Positions 51,085 through 64,000 of a DNA stretch of 64,000 bases are shown one piece after another. Position 1 is the first letter of the stretch; the number at the start of each line of letters is the position of its first letter. The stretch comes from Felis catus. Lineage: Eukaryota. The translations under genes were made by a program, and so were the position numbers. The stretch spans positions 214,770,001 through 214,834,000 of the forward strand of contig NC_058368.1 of assembly GCF_018350175.1 (NCBI RefSeq), in the 5' to 3' direction. Below the pieces are notes generated by a model, which was not told the DNA's origin, searched no databases, and saw only the letters and a list, made by a program, of their open reading frames with translations.

Positions 51085-51480
51085 CACAAAAGGTTCCCCA
51101 GCAGCAGATCCTTAGGTGAGGATTCGTTTGTATGTAATACATTAAGGAAACACTTCTGAGCAAACCAAGAAAGAAGTGGAGGAAGGAGAGGAAGGAAGGG
51201 GCGCAAGTCAACAAAGGGTGCAATTTTTGGCAATGTCCCAACCTCAGCTAGAAATTACATGAGACGTTTCTTTTTTCTGGCTCTGGGAACAAGAGCTGGG
51301 TGTACACCTGCATTCATTATTTATTGACTAAGAGATGACTGTGAGTTACCTCTCTTCTCTCTGCTTGTATAAGCAAATCTGCTCCAGTACCCCCAGGGCA
51401 GTCTCCCAACAACAGTTGCAGCTGAGGACTTGCTTATAAAATCAAACACACTATAAAGCTGGGCAAGTGTCACATACCAA
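51085..51480 (-). mobile_element. Old ERVL-class LTR fragment
   Basis: ggttcccccagcagcagatccttaggtgaggattcgtttgtatgtaatacatta resembles a reverse LTR 3' end. Confidence 0.45.
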
Positions 51481-53677
51481 AGACAAGGGATCTAAGGGGA
51501 CCTGGGCTGAGCTTGGATAGTTTCCACCATACTAACCTTAACCATCCAGTTCCCTCTACACCCACACTTGCTCTATTCCTATGTCTAATCTTAGATAATC
51601 TTTGTTTACTCTTTATAAATATTTGGAAATGCAAATGTTGATGAAAGTCCACTTTATTAACATATTTATCTCTCTCATCATAAATAGGGAGAATACTGGC
51701 TATGAAGAGACTTAAAAGTGCTTAACTATATCATTATAACGGATATAAATAATTTATTTCAAGTTAATATTTTAATAGTATTATACTGGGTTTATTGTTT
51801 AATAATGTAACCAGAAAATCTTGTTGGTTTTATTTCAAGAAAATTGATTGTACTATAAGTAAAATGAAATCTAGAGGCCTTGAGGATTTTATAGAATTTT
51901 ACAACTTCTAAAGTCAACCAACTAGTTAGTATCAGGATCAACTAGTTAATGATAGGCTTGTATAAATTCAGTGAATATTCTTTTCATAATTTTAGGCTGC
52001 AATTTTGCTTAATTCCAAATATCTGTAGCTGAAACCGTTGTCATCTGAAGTTTAACCATTGAGTGCTTTTGTGTGGTGGGGGTCACAGGGAGGCAAAAGA
52101 AAAGTTACTTGATTCTAAGATAGGAGTAAATTCATTAATGCTCAATGTATTATAATCAGAGCAGATCTTCTTGTTAGTATATTCATGAATTACTATATAT
52201 TATCTATGCTGTTCCAGTCTGCTTTGATTTTCTTGAAATAAAAGCAGCAGGATTTAATAGTTATGTTATTAAAATTTTTTAACCTGCATAAATTAGGAAA
52301 TGGTGGCTGAATAGTAAATAAGAGAAGTTTCCTGTAAAGATAGCAATAACTAAAAATTCAGCTGAATTTTACTAAACTATGAAAACTTTTAATTTTAAAA
52401 GTAGGCCAAGACTGTCTCAAGATTAGATTTTAATAAAGGATTGCAAATACCACATTCCTCTAAATTTTGATACAGCTAGCAAGACCATAAGAGCCTGAAA
52501 AAGAAGCTATTTCCAAATAAATCTATCTGATTATTTGCAAACATGTAAGTGAAAGAAGTTTTGTCCTAAATTCATTTAAAATTTTTAGAAAGTATTTTAG
52601 TCTACCTGCATATGTCCACAAATTTCTGTTCATCAACATGTATTTCTTCCCATGCATGAATCAAAGGAAGAAATCTCTTAACAACTTTAAAAAATATTAT
52701 TGAAAGTTTGGATAACATTTGTTGATATGGTTTTAGCCAGTGCTAGGGAGAACATGAACTGTTGAAGTTTCTCAAATGATGACAACCCAGGCCAATTTAT
52801 TCAAAGTATTATGAAAAATATACCTGTTGTCTTCTATTACTGGACTCAGAAGCTATGACTTATGGGTAGAAGTAAGGCTGGTTGGATGTGTGAACACCTC
52901 AGTTATTTACACTGACTATGACCCCAACAGTAGGAAACTTAGTGATTCTACCATAACTACCCAAATATTGAACTTCCTGGCTCAGCATAATCTCTTTTGT
53001 TAAACATGAAGACTATCCCCTTGTATTTTCACATCTACCTGTGGAAAGATAATCTCTAAATCCCTCCCCTGTTCTTTCAAGAATTTCATATAATTAGAAC
53101 ATTCATTGTCCCATATCTCATTACTATTTGTTTTACATGTATCTGAACTTTGTTCAACAAAGGATGAAAGAATGCAAAAAGTTGAGGGGGAGACGTGATG
53201 GCAACCATCAGAAATCCAAGGTAATCGACTCATTCTAAAATACAAAATCTATGTTTAATATTTAGCAAAGGTTGTGGGAAATTGGAGAATACAAGAATGG
53301 TAAGAGAAGCACTCTTTCACTTACTCTGGTTATGGGAAACAGAGAAGGAAAGTTTCCACAGGGATTCACACAGATAAGCCATATTGGAAAGATGCTGTCT
53401 CTAGACTAGCAGGGAAGGAGAAAGCATATGGCTCTGCATTACTTCATCCTTTCATTTCCACAGAAATCTTCTACAAATATATAGCCTAAGAAATTGCAAC
53501 ACATTTAATGATTAATTAAAGAAAAAAAAAGAACTAGCCCATAAAGGAAAATGTAGAGAAACTTTGGCAAAATTTATCAGAAACAATTAATACTGACCAG
53601 AAGAATATTTCATAGAGAAAATGAAAATGAAAGCCAAATATTCTTGTGGAAGGTGGAGGAGGAGGGTGAAGAGGAGA

Positions 53678-54015
53678 AGTTAATTTTATGTGCCAACTTG
53701 GCTGGGCCATGGCACCCAGATATTTGGTCAAATACTAGCCTAGATCTGTGAAGGTCACTTTTAGATTGAGATTAATGACAAAGTCAGTAGACTGAGGAAA
53801 GCGTGTTAGTTTCTGTACTGTGAGTGGGCCTCATGCATTCAGTGGAATGATTTAAAATAAATGATTATAGTGCCCTGAGGCTGTCTTTAAACTTGAGCTA
53901 TAATATCAACTCTTCCCTGGGTGTCCAAGCTGCTGCCTACCCTACAGATTTTGGACTTGCCAGACTCCACAATTGCATGAGCCAATTCCTTCAAATAAAT
54001 CTCTCTTTCTTTCTC
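53678..54015 (+). mobile_element. MLT2 LTR (MLT2C/D-like), followed by (TCTATA)n to about 54120
   Basis: gttaattttatgtgccaacttggctgggccatgg..cccagatatttggtcaaa; cagattttggacttgccagactccacaattgcatgagccaattcctt.aaataaatctc. Confidence 0.88.
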
Positions 54016-55377
54016 TGTATATCTATGTCTATATCTATGTCTATGGCTATATCTATATCTATATCTATCTACCCATTTACATGTGTTTATATATATACAC
54101 ACATATATACATAAATAAGTATATGTATGTGGAAAAAGAAAAAGTGAAAGAGATAGAAAAGGAAAGAAAACACATTCAAAGCTATATTATATGATAAACT
54201 TTTTAAAAAAACGTTATATTCTGTGCTTGATTTGGTATTTTTGTCTCTAATTTCAATGAATTGAAAAATGCTTTATTCACACAAAGTAGTTTAAGTAAAG
54301 CTGATTTAATTTAGCCAACCAATTACTTGTTGACATGAGTATGTTCCACTTTTTAGAATATTGTTATCATGCAATTGTGATTGATTTGTGCTTTGAGTGA
54401 TTATAAGATCACTGGATGATCTGAAAATATGTTTTGACAACATAAGATATTTCAATATTGCCTAACTTCTAGCATGATAAAAACTATAACTGAAAAAAGG
54501 GTATTATTTCAACAATAGAGGGCTTTTCAGAGTAGATATTAAGCTTGTGAAAGAAAAGAGAATAATTAGATAATACTTAGGCCTCTTGCCTGCAAACAGT
54601 TTTTGTGTGAAATGTGTACATTGGGTTAGCATAATTTTCATCCTCAGAAAAAGCTTGATTTTATTGCAGTCATTTTTAATAAAAAATAAATGACTTTTAA
54701 CTCTATTTAAGGAGGGGTAGGATATTTATGAGGAAAGGGGCTTCAGGAAGGCTCAAGGGGAAATGTCAGTACCTGCTCAAGAAGAACGGAAATGTCATTT
54801 TGCATTTTAAAAAACATGATCATGACTCTGCTGTGAAATTCACAAAACCTTTTATGGCAAGGGAAAACTTTACTTGATTAGTTGGCATCATACAGAGATA
54901 TAGATCAAATCATAACTACAGTGCCTACTGGAGAAATGTTCATTGACGTCCAGAGAAGACAAGCCCTTTAATATCACAGTGCTATTTGCACTTATATTTG
55001 AGTGGAAATGCACCACAAGGATCACCACATTAAACTCTGTCAATTCTCAAATTTCAATTGTCTGCATGAGTAAGCATCATTTCCTAATAATAGCTAGGAA
55101 GACTGTTTTCAGTTGTAAACACTTTTCCTTTTGATGGAAAAAATACTATTTATGTCCTTAAGAACTTCTCCAGGGTGAAGACTTGTTCAGAACGTTTATT
55201 TTTTTTCCTTTGTGAATACCGAAGTGTATTAGTTTTAGCACATGCTCAAAAATATGCTAAATCTGATGGACTTCTGTTATTTGTCTTTAATAAAAGTTTT
55301 ATATACACATGATGAAAAATATTCCAAAAAATTCTAAGATGATAATTGGAAAGTGAAATGTTCTTTTAATTCGTCGT

Positions 55378-55592
55378 ATTTTTTAAAAATAATTTTAGTG
55401 GTTATTTATTTTGAGAGAGAGAGGAAAAGAGAGCTGGAGAGGGGCAGAGAGAGAGGCAGACAATCTGAAGCAGGCTCCAGGCTCTGAGCTGTCAGCACAG
55501 AGTCCAATGCGGGGCTTTAAACTCACGGGCCCTGAGAACATGACCTGAGCCGAAGTCAGATGCCTAACCTAATGAGCCACCCAGGTGCCCCT
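55378..55592 (-). mobile_element. CAN-SINE (SINEC_Fc-like)
   Basis: Diverged TSD taattc.tc.tattttt. Confidence 0.95.
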
Positions 55593-55754
55593 AATTCTTC
55601 CTATTTTTATTTGTTTTGGCTTCTACTGCCAAACTCCAAATAATATGTGCACTTATGAGAGATGAAGAATGAGTTTTTTAACACTAATGCTGATCTCACC
55701 ATTGCAACCAAATTTTCTAATTGTATCTTAATCTTTAACCCTTCTATTAATACC

Positions 55755-56175
55755 ATTGCAGATCAGACTTTCTAGGAACAGACTCTGAGGTGAGTGAAGA
55801 GTAGTGTGTAGGAAGTTATTAGGGCATGCTTTAACAATCATAGCCTTGAGGGAAGGGAAGGAAGAAAGAATGGGGGAGGAAAAGGCTAGCCTTCCATGAA
55901 AGCTTAACAGAAGCCTCTGCAGACACCATGGAGAGCTCTGACACTGGAATGACCTTGAGTTGTTCCTAGTTGGGGACATTGGGACTGGGGATTTGTACAC
56001 GCACAGTAACCAGCCACTAGATGCCAGTTGCTCCCCAAAAAGGGGTGTGACCTTAAGTAGGGTGACTCTTTTTAGACAAAGGGCCGTTCTTTGAGTTGGC
56101 AGCAGTCCCATCAGTCAAAGCATTAAGTTCTTTAAAGCCGAGGAAGCATCTGAGCAGTGCACCGCAGTGTTCACT
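55755..56175 (-). mobile_element. ERVL solo LTR (LTR33/LTR16-like)
   Basis: tttctaggaacagactctgaggtgag..gtgtgtaggaagttattagggcatgct. Confidence 0.55.
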
Positions 56176-56239
56176 ATACTTTATAATTTTAACTAAGAAA
56201 TGAAACACCCACTTTTGTTTGTGATCTTTTGGTAGCATT

Positions 56240-56600
56240 TCTTGACTCTTAATAAATGGTTTAAACATAAGATTTTATTTTCTCTTAAAGAAACCAAGCC
56301 AGAGGCAAGAAGTCCTGTGGTATTCTAATGATTTTATGGTAATCAGGAATTCAGGCACCTTCTATCTTTCAGCCTTTTCATCCATAGCACTGGTTTCCAT
56401 GCTTGAGGTTACTTTATGTCCAAGGTGGATGTTAGAACTCCATCTCATTCCATTGCAAGCAACAGAAAGCAAGGGCTGAAGAGTATGTTCCAACTGACTG
56501 ACTACCTAACAAATATATACTTCTAAATATTTTTGGGAAATGACAGAGTCACATGGTATACTGAGTATCAAGGAAGACCAGGAGATTTCAACTTCAGCTG
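56240..56600 (-). mobile_element. Old MLT1 LTR fragment
   Basis: aaatggtttaaacataagattttattttctct; ggcaccttctatctttcagcc..tcatcc..agc; tccaaggtggatgttagaactcc. Confidence 0.55.
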
Positions 56601-56679
56601 AGTATATTGCAACATTTAAATAACTATTTGTTAGTACATGAAAAGGGGACCCTGGATATGGAAACCAGTAGTGTCAGAA

Positions 56680-56720
<41 letters not shown>
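56680..56720. repeat. (TG)n microsatellite
   Basis: Direct reading. Confidence 0.97.
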
Positions 56721-56722
<2 letters not shown>

Positions 56723-56805
56723 ATGTATACACACACCAATATATTTATGTATAATGTTAGTTTTGTCAAACAATCAATTATTTGTTCTAATTGATTTTAA
56801 ATATT

Positions 56806-57028
56806 GTTTTTTTTTTAATGTTTGTTTATTTCGAGAGAGAGAGAGAGAAACAGAGTGTGAGCAGGGGAGGGTCAGAGAAAGAGGGAGACACAGAATCTGA
56901 AGCAGGTTCCAGCACAGAGCTGAGCTGTCAGCACAGAGCCCGATGCAGGGCTCGAACTCATGAACGGTGAGATCATGATCTGAAAGCTGAAGTTGGAGAC
57001 TTAACTGACTGAGCCACTCTGGTTTCCC
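56806..57028 (-). mobile_element. CAN-SINE (SINEC_Fc-like)
   Basis: TSD taaatattgtt. Confidence 0.95.
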
Positions 57029-57081
57029 TAAATATTGTTCTTAATTGGGTGATAACTAAACTATTTTAAGTGTTCGATTTC

Positions 57082-57290
57082 AGGGGTGCCTGGGTGGCTC
57101 CATCGGTTAAGCGTCTTACTTCGGCTCAGGTCATGATCTCACAGTTTGTGGGTTCCAGCCCCTCGTTGGGCTCTGTGCTGACAGCTCAGAGCATGGAGCC
57201 TGCTTCGGATTCTGTGTCTCCTTCACTCTCTGCCCCTCTCCCACTTGTGCTCTGCCTTTCTGTCTCTCAAAAATAAATGTAAACATTTTT
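57082..57290 (+). mobile_element. CAN-SINE (SINEC_Fc-like)
   Basis: Diverged TSD ttttaa.tgttc..tttca. Confidence 0.96.
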
Positions 57291-57405
57291 TTTAAATGTT
57301 CAGTTTCATAGAATTTTATAACATTGAACAATAGTTTAAAACTATGGCATTCTATTTACCTCATTTAAATATAAAAAAATGAAACTTCTACATTTAGAAA
57401 GAAAA

Positions 57406-57437
57406 TTTTTCTTCTTCTTCTTTTTTTATTGTTTATT

Positions 57438-57490
<53 letters not shown>

Positions 57491-57625
57491 CACAGAATCC
57501 GAAGCAGGCTCCAGGCTCTGAGCTGTCAGCACAGAGCCTGGACGTGGGGCTCAGACTCACAAAATAAGAAATCATGACCTGAGCCCAAGTCAGACACTTA
57601 ACCATTGGAGCCACCCAGGCGCCCC
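57406..57625 (-). mobile_element. CAN-SINE (SINEC_Fc-like) with expanded (GA)n
   Basis: Canonical head; (GA)n at about 57441-57484. Confidence 0.95.
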
Positions 57626-58559
57626 TAAAATTCTTCTTTTTAAGCTCTACCACACAGGTAACCAAATTGCAGGAGAATCATCCACAAAATATATTTTTAG
57701 TTCCAAATGTACAAAATGGTTGACTCTACTAAGAATGCTATGAATATAGCATGGTGAGCTATGGAGGGGATAGCCAAAGCATCCTTGACTAAAATGATGA
57801 TAAAATATAGATGGTAAGATATGTAAAAGTAAAAAAACAAAAAAACCCAAAGTGATATTACCAAAGAGAAGAAAAGTTATCAAAAATAGATCTGAGAATA
57901 TATATTCCTATACCTAACAAAACTTCATTCCTTTTCAAAAGGAAAAGGGCATTGGGAGTATTTATGAATTGAAATACAATGCAATAAAATGTTATGCACC
58001 ATTTGTTGATTATTAGTATAGTTAATATTAGTCCTCAACCAAAACCCTTTCTCATTGCCCTGGTATTATGAATTTTTGTCAACTAAAAAGTAGAATTCCA
58101 AGGTAAGCAATATAACATAGGGAAGTGTTTCAAGGAAAGAGAGGAGTTGAATAAAGTATTGAAAAATAATTAAAAAAAAACAACTAGGAACTTAACTATT
58201 GACAAAGGAATGATTTAATAAATCTTCAGATGTATAAAGGGCTTTGTGGAAGTATGGTAATCAATATTTTTTCTTAAATTGAAGGCAGAACAAGGGAAAC
58301 TAAGCTTAATATTAAGCATGACGGATTTGAGTTAGCTAGTAGTAAAATACTTTCTGACAGTGAAAATGTTCAGTGAATCTCTTTTGAAGGTCTTTTAAAC
58401 AAGAATGGATTTTTACTTTTATTCTTTATGCATTGCCTGACTGATGATCGAAAAAACTAGGTGATGTGATCCATTTTCACACTTACAAGTCATTATATAA
58501 AGTATGGATTGTGTATGAAACATCCTCTCTAAAACCCCTCCCCAAAAGTTAAAATAATC

Positions 58560-58673
58560 TTTTTTTCTTAAGATTTTGTTTTTAAGTAATCTCCACACCC
58601 AATGTGGGGCTTGAACTCACAACCCCGAGATTAAGAGTTGCACACTCTACCAACCAAGTCAGCCAGGTGCCCC
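58560..58673 (-). mobile_element. Short tRNA-Lys-like CAN-SINE (no CT tract)
   Basis: Reverse: ggggcacctggctgacttggttggtagagtgtgcaactcttaatctcggggttgtgagttcaagccccacattgggtgtggagattactt; TSD taaaat.atcttttt. Confidence 0.9.
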
Positions 58674-60929
58674 TAAAATCATCTTTTTTATGGAAAAAAA
58701 ATGATATTAAATTGACTTGGAATGATATAATTCTATTTGATATGATCCAATCCTAAGCAGGCCATTTTTTTTTTTTTTTTTAATTTGGATGGATCAGTAA
58801 CAGAGATAGGAAGGGACTGAAAACCCAAACATGAAAACTGAAAGACAACGTTCCTTAATATGTTCCACAAGTTATTGAGTATTTTAAAATTCACCCTTTC
58901 TAAAGGCCAATGTCAAGTAAAAAGATAAAGCACTTACTTATCCACAGATTACAAATGGTAAAGTGTTTGGGACATAAAATAACTACCTGCCTTTCAGTCT
59001 TGTTCAAGATTCATGGTTTCTTCTAAGTAACTCAGAGACATTCTCATGAGCTATTCTCACTTAGGAAGAAAACAAAACTTACTTTTCCAAAGATCTTTCA
59101 TGTGCAACCACCCATCGGGAAGGAGATTCTTTACACTGCTCTATGATGTCTACTCCTACACAGGCTGCCAAACTTGATTAAACTTTCTAAAAACAGGATA
59201 TCCCTGAGCAGCCTTCTGTAGCCCTAAGTTTCAATAGTAAAAATGACAGGATAAGGTTTACTATTATTCATCTAACTTTGATTTTAAAATGACTTTTTTT
59301 TTTAAACAAAGTTTCATTTAATAGAAAGAGAACTTGTCTTTTGGTCTGGGGTCAGTGAGGGCAGAGCAGTCTGTATGTGTACAAAAGACAAGAAAAGATT
59401 TATTTTTAAGGCTAGAAGTTTAAATTAATTTAGTTTAAACTGATAATGAATTACAAGAATTTTCTAAAGTTAAATTAGAAGCCTGTAAATTGAATCTTTG
59501 AAATATCTTTACATATCATAATTGCATGAAGCATATTTTTTCAAACTGCTTGCAAAAAATCATTTTGTTTATCATCCCCAGGCTAAGACATTTTTTTTCT
59601 TTTTCTTTTGGTTAGGAAAATTCTCATAAGCTTCCCATTCTGACTTAAAGAGCTTTCATGAGATTTAGGCTCTGGGCATGATCGAAAATGCAGGAGACTG
59701 GATTTTAGCTGTCCTTGATAATTACTTTTGAAAAGCAATGACTAATTCTATCAGCTTTCTGAAAAGGATATAAATCTTGATGTTATCAGATATTTTGTCT
59801 GCTGAAACAACTAGAGAAAGAAAAGAAAAGAATCTACTTTTAGACTATTTGTATTACTAAGTTGCATTCATGCCTTTTCTCTAGCTTGTATCCGGAAACA
59901 TACGCATGAAGGACAAAGTTCCTTTCATTTGTTAACCCTCACAATAACGCTATACAGTCTCCGATTGTCAAATACCTCTTGGCTCTGAAAGGACATATGA
60001 AAGGGAAGTTACTGCACAGTAATGTCAATGTTGAAATGACAATGAGAGAGAAAACAAGGAAATAGAAAACTAATAAGGTTCATGGCAACCTGTCACGGCT
60101 CACTTAGGTTTCGTTAGGAATAAGAAAATGTCTTACTGGACTAACAGGAGTATTGAAATAATATGCTTTACTCTTACTTACGGTTGACACAGGGAATGTC
60201 TAATTCTCATTTATTCTCTCAAATGTGCCTAACATTATTAGTAGCTTGAGAAAACTGTGATCAAATCAGGCAAATCATTTTTACATGCATTAAACATTGT
60301 ATTCAACTGAAATTCATTTTTGAATGACTGTGTTATAGGAAATGGGGTAAAGCAGAGAACAAAACAATAATCCTACTTAACTAGATTTTGCAATTAAGAT
60401 CATTTTGAGATTGGAGAATTTGGGAAAATGATGGAGATGACAAAATGCAAAATGATCTAGCAGGAAAAACTCATTTGCAATCTATCATGGGTTGGATCTG
60501 TTTACATATATGTGAAAGAAATTATAGCTAAACTATACCAGCGGTTTGCAAAACTTACATCTAGCATGCTTCAAAAATGACTGTACTTATATGGTAAATG
60601 AAAGAGATCTGAAGCACTCTATATCGGGCTTGACAAAATAAGTGTGTGTGTGTGTGTGTGTGTAACATAATAAATTTTATATATTTATATAAATAACCAA
60701 ATTCTATAAAATATAAATTCTATAAAATATTGAAATATTGCATTTGCAAAAAGTTCAATTTTTTTTCTTTTCATATTTTTATTTAAATTCTAGTTAGTTA
60801 ACATACAGTGCAATATTGGTTTTCAGAGCAAATGCATATTTTAATAAGAAAATTGAATTCCACCTGTAAACGTTACCTTTGTTATATTAAGATTTGTTTT
60901 TAACTTCATGTTAAAATACAATTACAGGA

Positions 60930-61172
60930 GGGGCACCTGGCTGGCTCAGTCGGTTAAGCGACCGATATTGGCTCAGGTCATGATCTCGCATTCCATGAGT
61001 TCGAGCCCCGCGTTGGGCTCTGTGCTGACAGCTCAGAGCCTGGAAACTTCTTTGGATTCTGTCTCCCTCTCTCTCTGTCCTTCCTCTTCTTGCAACATCT
61101 ATCTGTCTGTCTCATTCTCTCTCTCTCTCTCTCTCAAAAATAAATAAACATTAAAAGAATTAAAAAAAATTA
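60930..61172 (+). mobile_element. CAN-SINE (SINEC_Fc-like)
   Basis: TSD aaat(a/g)caatta(c/t)agg. Confidence 0.96.
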
Positions 61173-61184
61173 AAATGCAATTAT

Positions 61185-61345
61185 AGGGAATTTCGGCTTG
61201 GTGACCACATTCAAGCCCTTGGAGGGTGACACTTTTGGACAGAGCATGCGTGTTGAATGCTGTGTTCAGTCCCCCGTACTTTGCTCCATGTTTCTCTTGC
61301 ATTTGGGTGTTCTTGAGTTATCTCCTTTATCATAAATAGGTAAAC
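61185..61345 (+). mobile_element. MER21-like LTR fragment
   Basis: ccccgtactttgctccatgtttctcttgcatttgggtgttcttgagttatctcctttatcataaataggtaaac. Confidence 0.55.
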
Positions 61346-62664
61346 CTGCTACATACCCTAATTAATAATGAAACAGTCCTCCGGCAAATCCTTTTGAGTA
61401 ATACATCTTCTGTCTACTCCCAGGAGGAACATTTTGGGAGGGTCCTTCTGAACTGCGTCCACCCCAAGTTTATAGTCAAAATCCACAGCAGCTTCTGGGC
61501 TTCCAATTCTGTAGAACAATTATAGAATTTCAGCATGATTACAGTAATTTCAGTATAAAAAATGTAAATGTGGTCTTTGGAATGTTAAAAAAATACTATG
61601 ATTAGTCAACCCTTTTTAAAAATTCTCTTCTAATTTCATATACTACCCATCAATGAGGAGCATTTTTCACATAGGTCCGCAGTAGCAAAAGGCTGAAGAC
61701 ATTTTCCTATTGCTCAAATCTTTACTGACATTGGATATTTTCAGAATTTAACCACTGCAGTATGTGCATATTGTTATTTTTATGCCACTTAATATAATCA
61801 AGTTTATGGTTTAATTTTACATATGGATAGCTTCTCAGTAAAAACAAAACAATATATGACTTGAACATACGATTACTGTTGCTGAGATAGTCTAAAGTAG
61901 TGTCTCTTGTGGTAACTACCAAGCTGAATATTTTAAGATTTTATTTTAAATTGATTTGTTTTGATATGTCTTTGTGGGAAAAATAATCTTTTTTTCCTAT
62001 CATTTTCCTCAAGGATTATAAGTAGTGCTGTTAACTATGTGGAACCTAACCTCAGTAGATTAATCTAGTGCAATAAAAGCATCTGTGCCAAATAAAGAAT
62101 TGTACTTTTGATAAATAGACTATTACTGAAGTATTAATCTCACTGATTGAAATGGTCTAATGAGAAGGTCAGAGAGAGATGTCCTACATAGTATTGCGGC
62201 TACTGAGTTGTTTTCTATCAGTGGGTATAATAAAAATGTGAAAAATAAAAGCACATGAAATCAAAAGCAAAGCTGAATAATTTAAATACTCACGTATAAA
62301 CTTTCCACTGATAATTAAAAAAGAAAATTGACTGAAGTAATGACTACCTGGGATGATTAATTGTGTTAATCAGGGGAGATGTTCATTGTTTTAAATGTTA
62401 AAATGTTTTTTTTATGGCAGATACTAAAAATAAAGCTTTGAATACCTAAATAATAACTTTTAAATACAAGATTTTTCAGAAAAAGCTGTACATAGTGTTC
62501 AGCTATAATTACAAATGTAAATTTTTGAATGAGTGTAAAAAATAATCAAAATCTTCCAACAAATTTATAATACACTATGAAACACCATGGTATACTTGTT
62601 AGGAAGCAATGTTTTTCTCATTCAATAAGAAAGAAAGAAAGAGACAGAAAAAGAGAGGTGGGGG

Positions 62665-62756
62665 AATGGAAGGAAGGAAGGAAGGAAGGAAGGAAGGAAG
62701 GAAGGAAGGAAGGGAGGGAAGGAGGAGAGAGGAAGGGTAGGAAGGGAAGAAGAAAG
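62665..62756. repeat. (GGAA)n purine-rich microsatellite
   Basis: Direct reading. Confidence 0.96.
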
Positions 62757-63031
62757 ATCCATTAATATGTTTTAATGTTATAGAATCTTAACTTTAAATT
62801 AAATAAAGTAAGATTAAGATATAAAGACATCACCAGAATTAAAAATTCAGAGAGCTTTAAATTCCACTTTGACTATGGAATTTTAATTCTTCTAGTTAAT
62901 AAACAACAAATATATTTCCTTACAGCATTTCTTTACATAAAGCCTAGACAGTGTATTTTCTGAAATAAACTTACCACATTCTCAAGAAGTTAAATTTCAC
63001 CTTATTAACTATAAAATTTATGTAGCACTTC

Positions 63032-63216
63032 ATTATATATATATATATGTACATATGTACACATACACTTATATACATATACACACACACACATACACAC
63101 ACACACATACATACACACATACTCTTTAAGTGATCTCTGAGCCCTCGTGGGACTTGAACTCATGACCTCAAGATCAAGAGTCACATGCTCTACCGACTGA
63201 GCCAGCCAGGCACCCC
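63032..63216 (-). mobile_element. Short tRNA-Lys(CTT)-like CAN-SINE whose tail is a (TA)/(CA) microsatellite
   Basis: Reverse: ggggtgcctggctggctcagtcggtagagcatgtgactcttgatcttgaggtcatgagttcaagtcccacg; TSD gtagcacttc at 63022-63031 and 63220-63229. Confidence 0.9.
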
Positions 63217-64000
63217 TAGGTAGCACTTCTTATATTAAAAATGTGTTTTACAATTGGTACCCTTTGTTTTTTCTATTTTCTTTCTTTTTTTTTTTTTTTT
63301 TGGTATTCTATACAAATCTTTTTAGTCTACCCATGATTATGAATTTTATATACTATTTACACATTAACATAGATTCTTAGGGCAAAACAAATATAATTTG
63401 AGTTGTAGGTTAATTCAAATGCTAAAACAGGTGTCATAATGACAGAAATCCCTGCAGCTCCCAACCTGCATAAATCAGTCAATCAGAAATATTGATTCAT
63501 TTATCCTGACCTGATTTAAGCCCTTCATATTCTGACCCTGTTAAATTTCAATTTTTTTTCACAAATGCAGCATTTTCAAGTTTTTGGCCAGGTTGGCCAG
63601 CTTTTAATGCAAACTGGCTCCATGCTTTTAACTTCATTGTCCTTTCTCTTGTCCCTTCCATCTTCCATTAACCAAACCTATTTATTCTGCTCCCTTAAAC
63701 AGCTACACCATTTACTGTCTGTGCCACAACTCTGATCTATAACTTATGAGTTATATACAACATATCACTTATATGTATTGATAAGTATTTGTCAACTAAG
63801 CTTAATCTTATCAACTGATCGTACCTTCCTGAGGGTGTGGCTTATGTAATATTTATTCTTATTACTTCGGAGAAACTAGCAAGAGAGTTCCATGTTTTAC
63901 ATGAGTTGTTTTACATGATATCTTTTTTCACTGTTTCAACGAATGGAAATGCTTGTAAATGTATTAACTCGTAAAATGTTTCTTTTTAAGCACTAAGTGT

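Noticed and set aside
52353..52370. 18-bp palindrome aaaattcagctgaatttt
   Set aside because: Mostly A/T in an AT-rich window; compatible with chance.
63140..63212. Possible functional tRNA-Lys gene (also 58600-58670)
   Set aside because: Has a SINE-type GGGG leader, 3' tail, TSD and stem mismatches, so it is a retroposed SINE.
1..64000. Minus-strand excess of L1 fragments as evidence for a plus-strand host gene
   Set aside because: Too few independent insertions and several kb of plus-strand L1 exist; gene versus intergenic status cannot be decided from this.

Overview
AT-rich mammalian genomic DNA from a feliform carnivore, most likely the cat family, inferred from about 31 tRNA-Lys-derived CAN-SINEs, mostly of the SINEC_Fc type. 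The window looks intergenic or deep-intronic. I cannot support any protein-coding gene: the ORF-track entries are SINE, L1, LTR or microsatellite translations, or chance ORFs. Other content: L1 fragments of several ages, MaLR/ERVL solo LTRs, MER20, MIR and L2 relics, and many microsatellites. The most notable object is a complete 1.28 kb pogo/Tigger-type DNA transposon (18846-20125). It has intact TIRs, a TA TSD and an internally deleted transposase that keeps only the HTH N-terminus and the PIP-box C-terminus. Also visible are an L1 5'UTR fused directly to mid-ORF2, two twin-primed (5'-inverted) L1s, solo poly(A) insertions with TSDs, template-switch-like micro-rearrangements and a weak set of minus-strand exon-like segments. 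I found no convincing novel biological system. Repeat subfamily names are recalled from consensus motifs, and boundaries without a quoted TSD are approximate.
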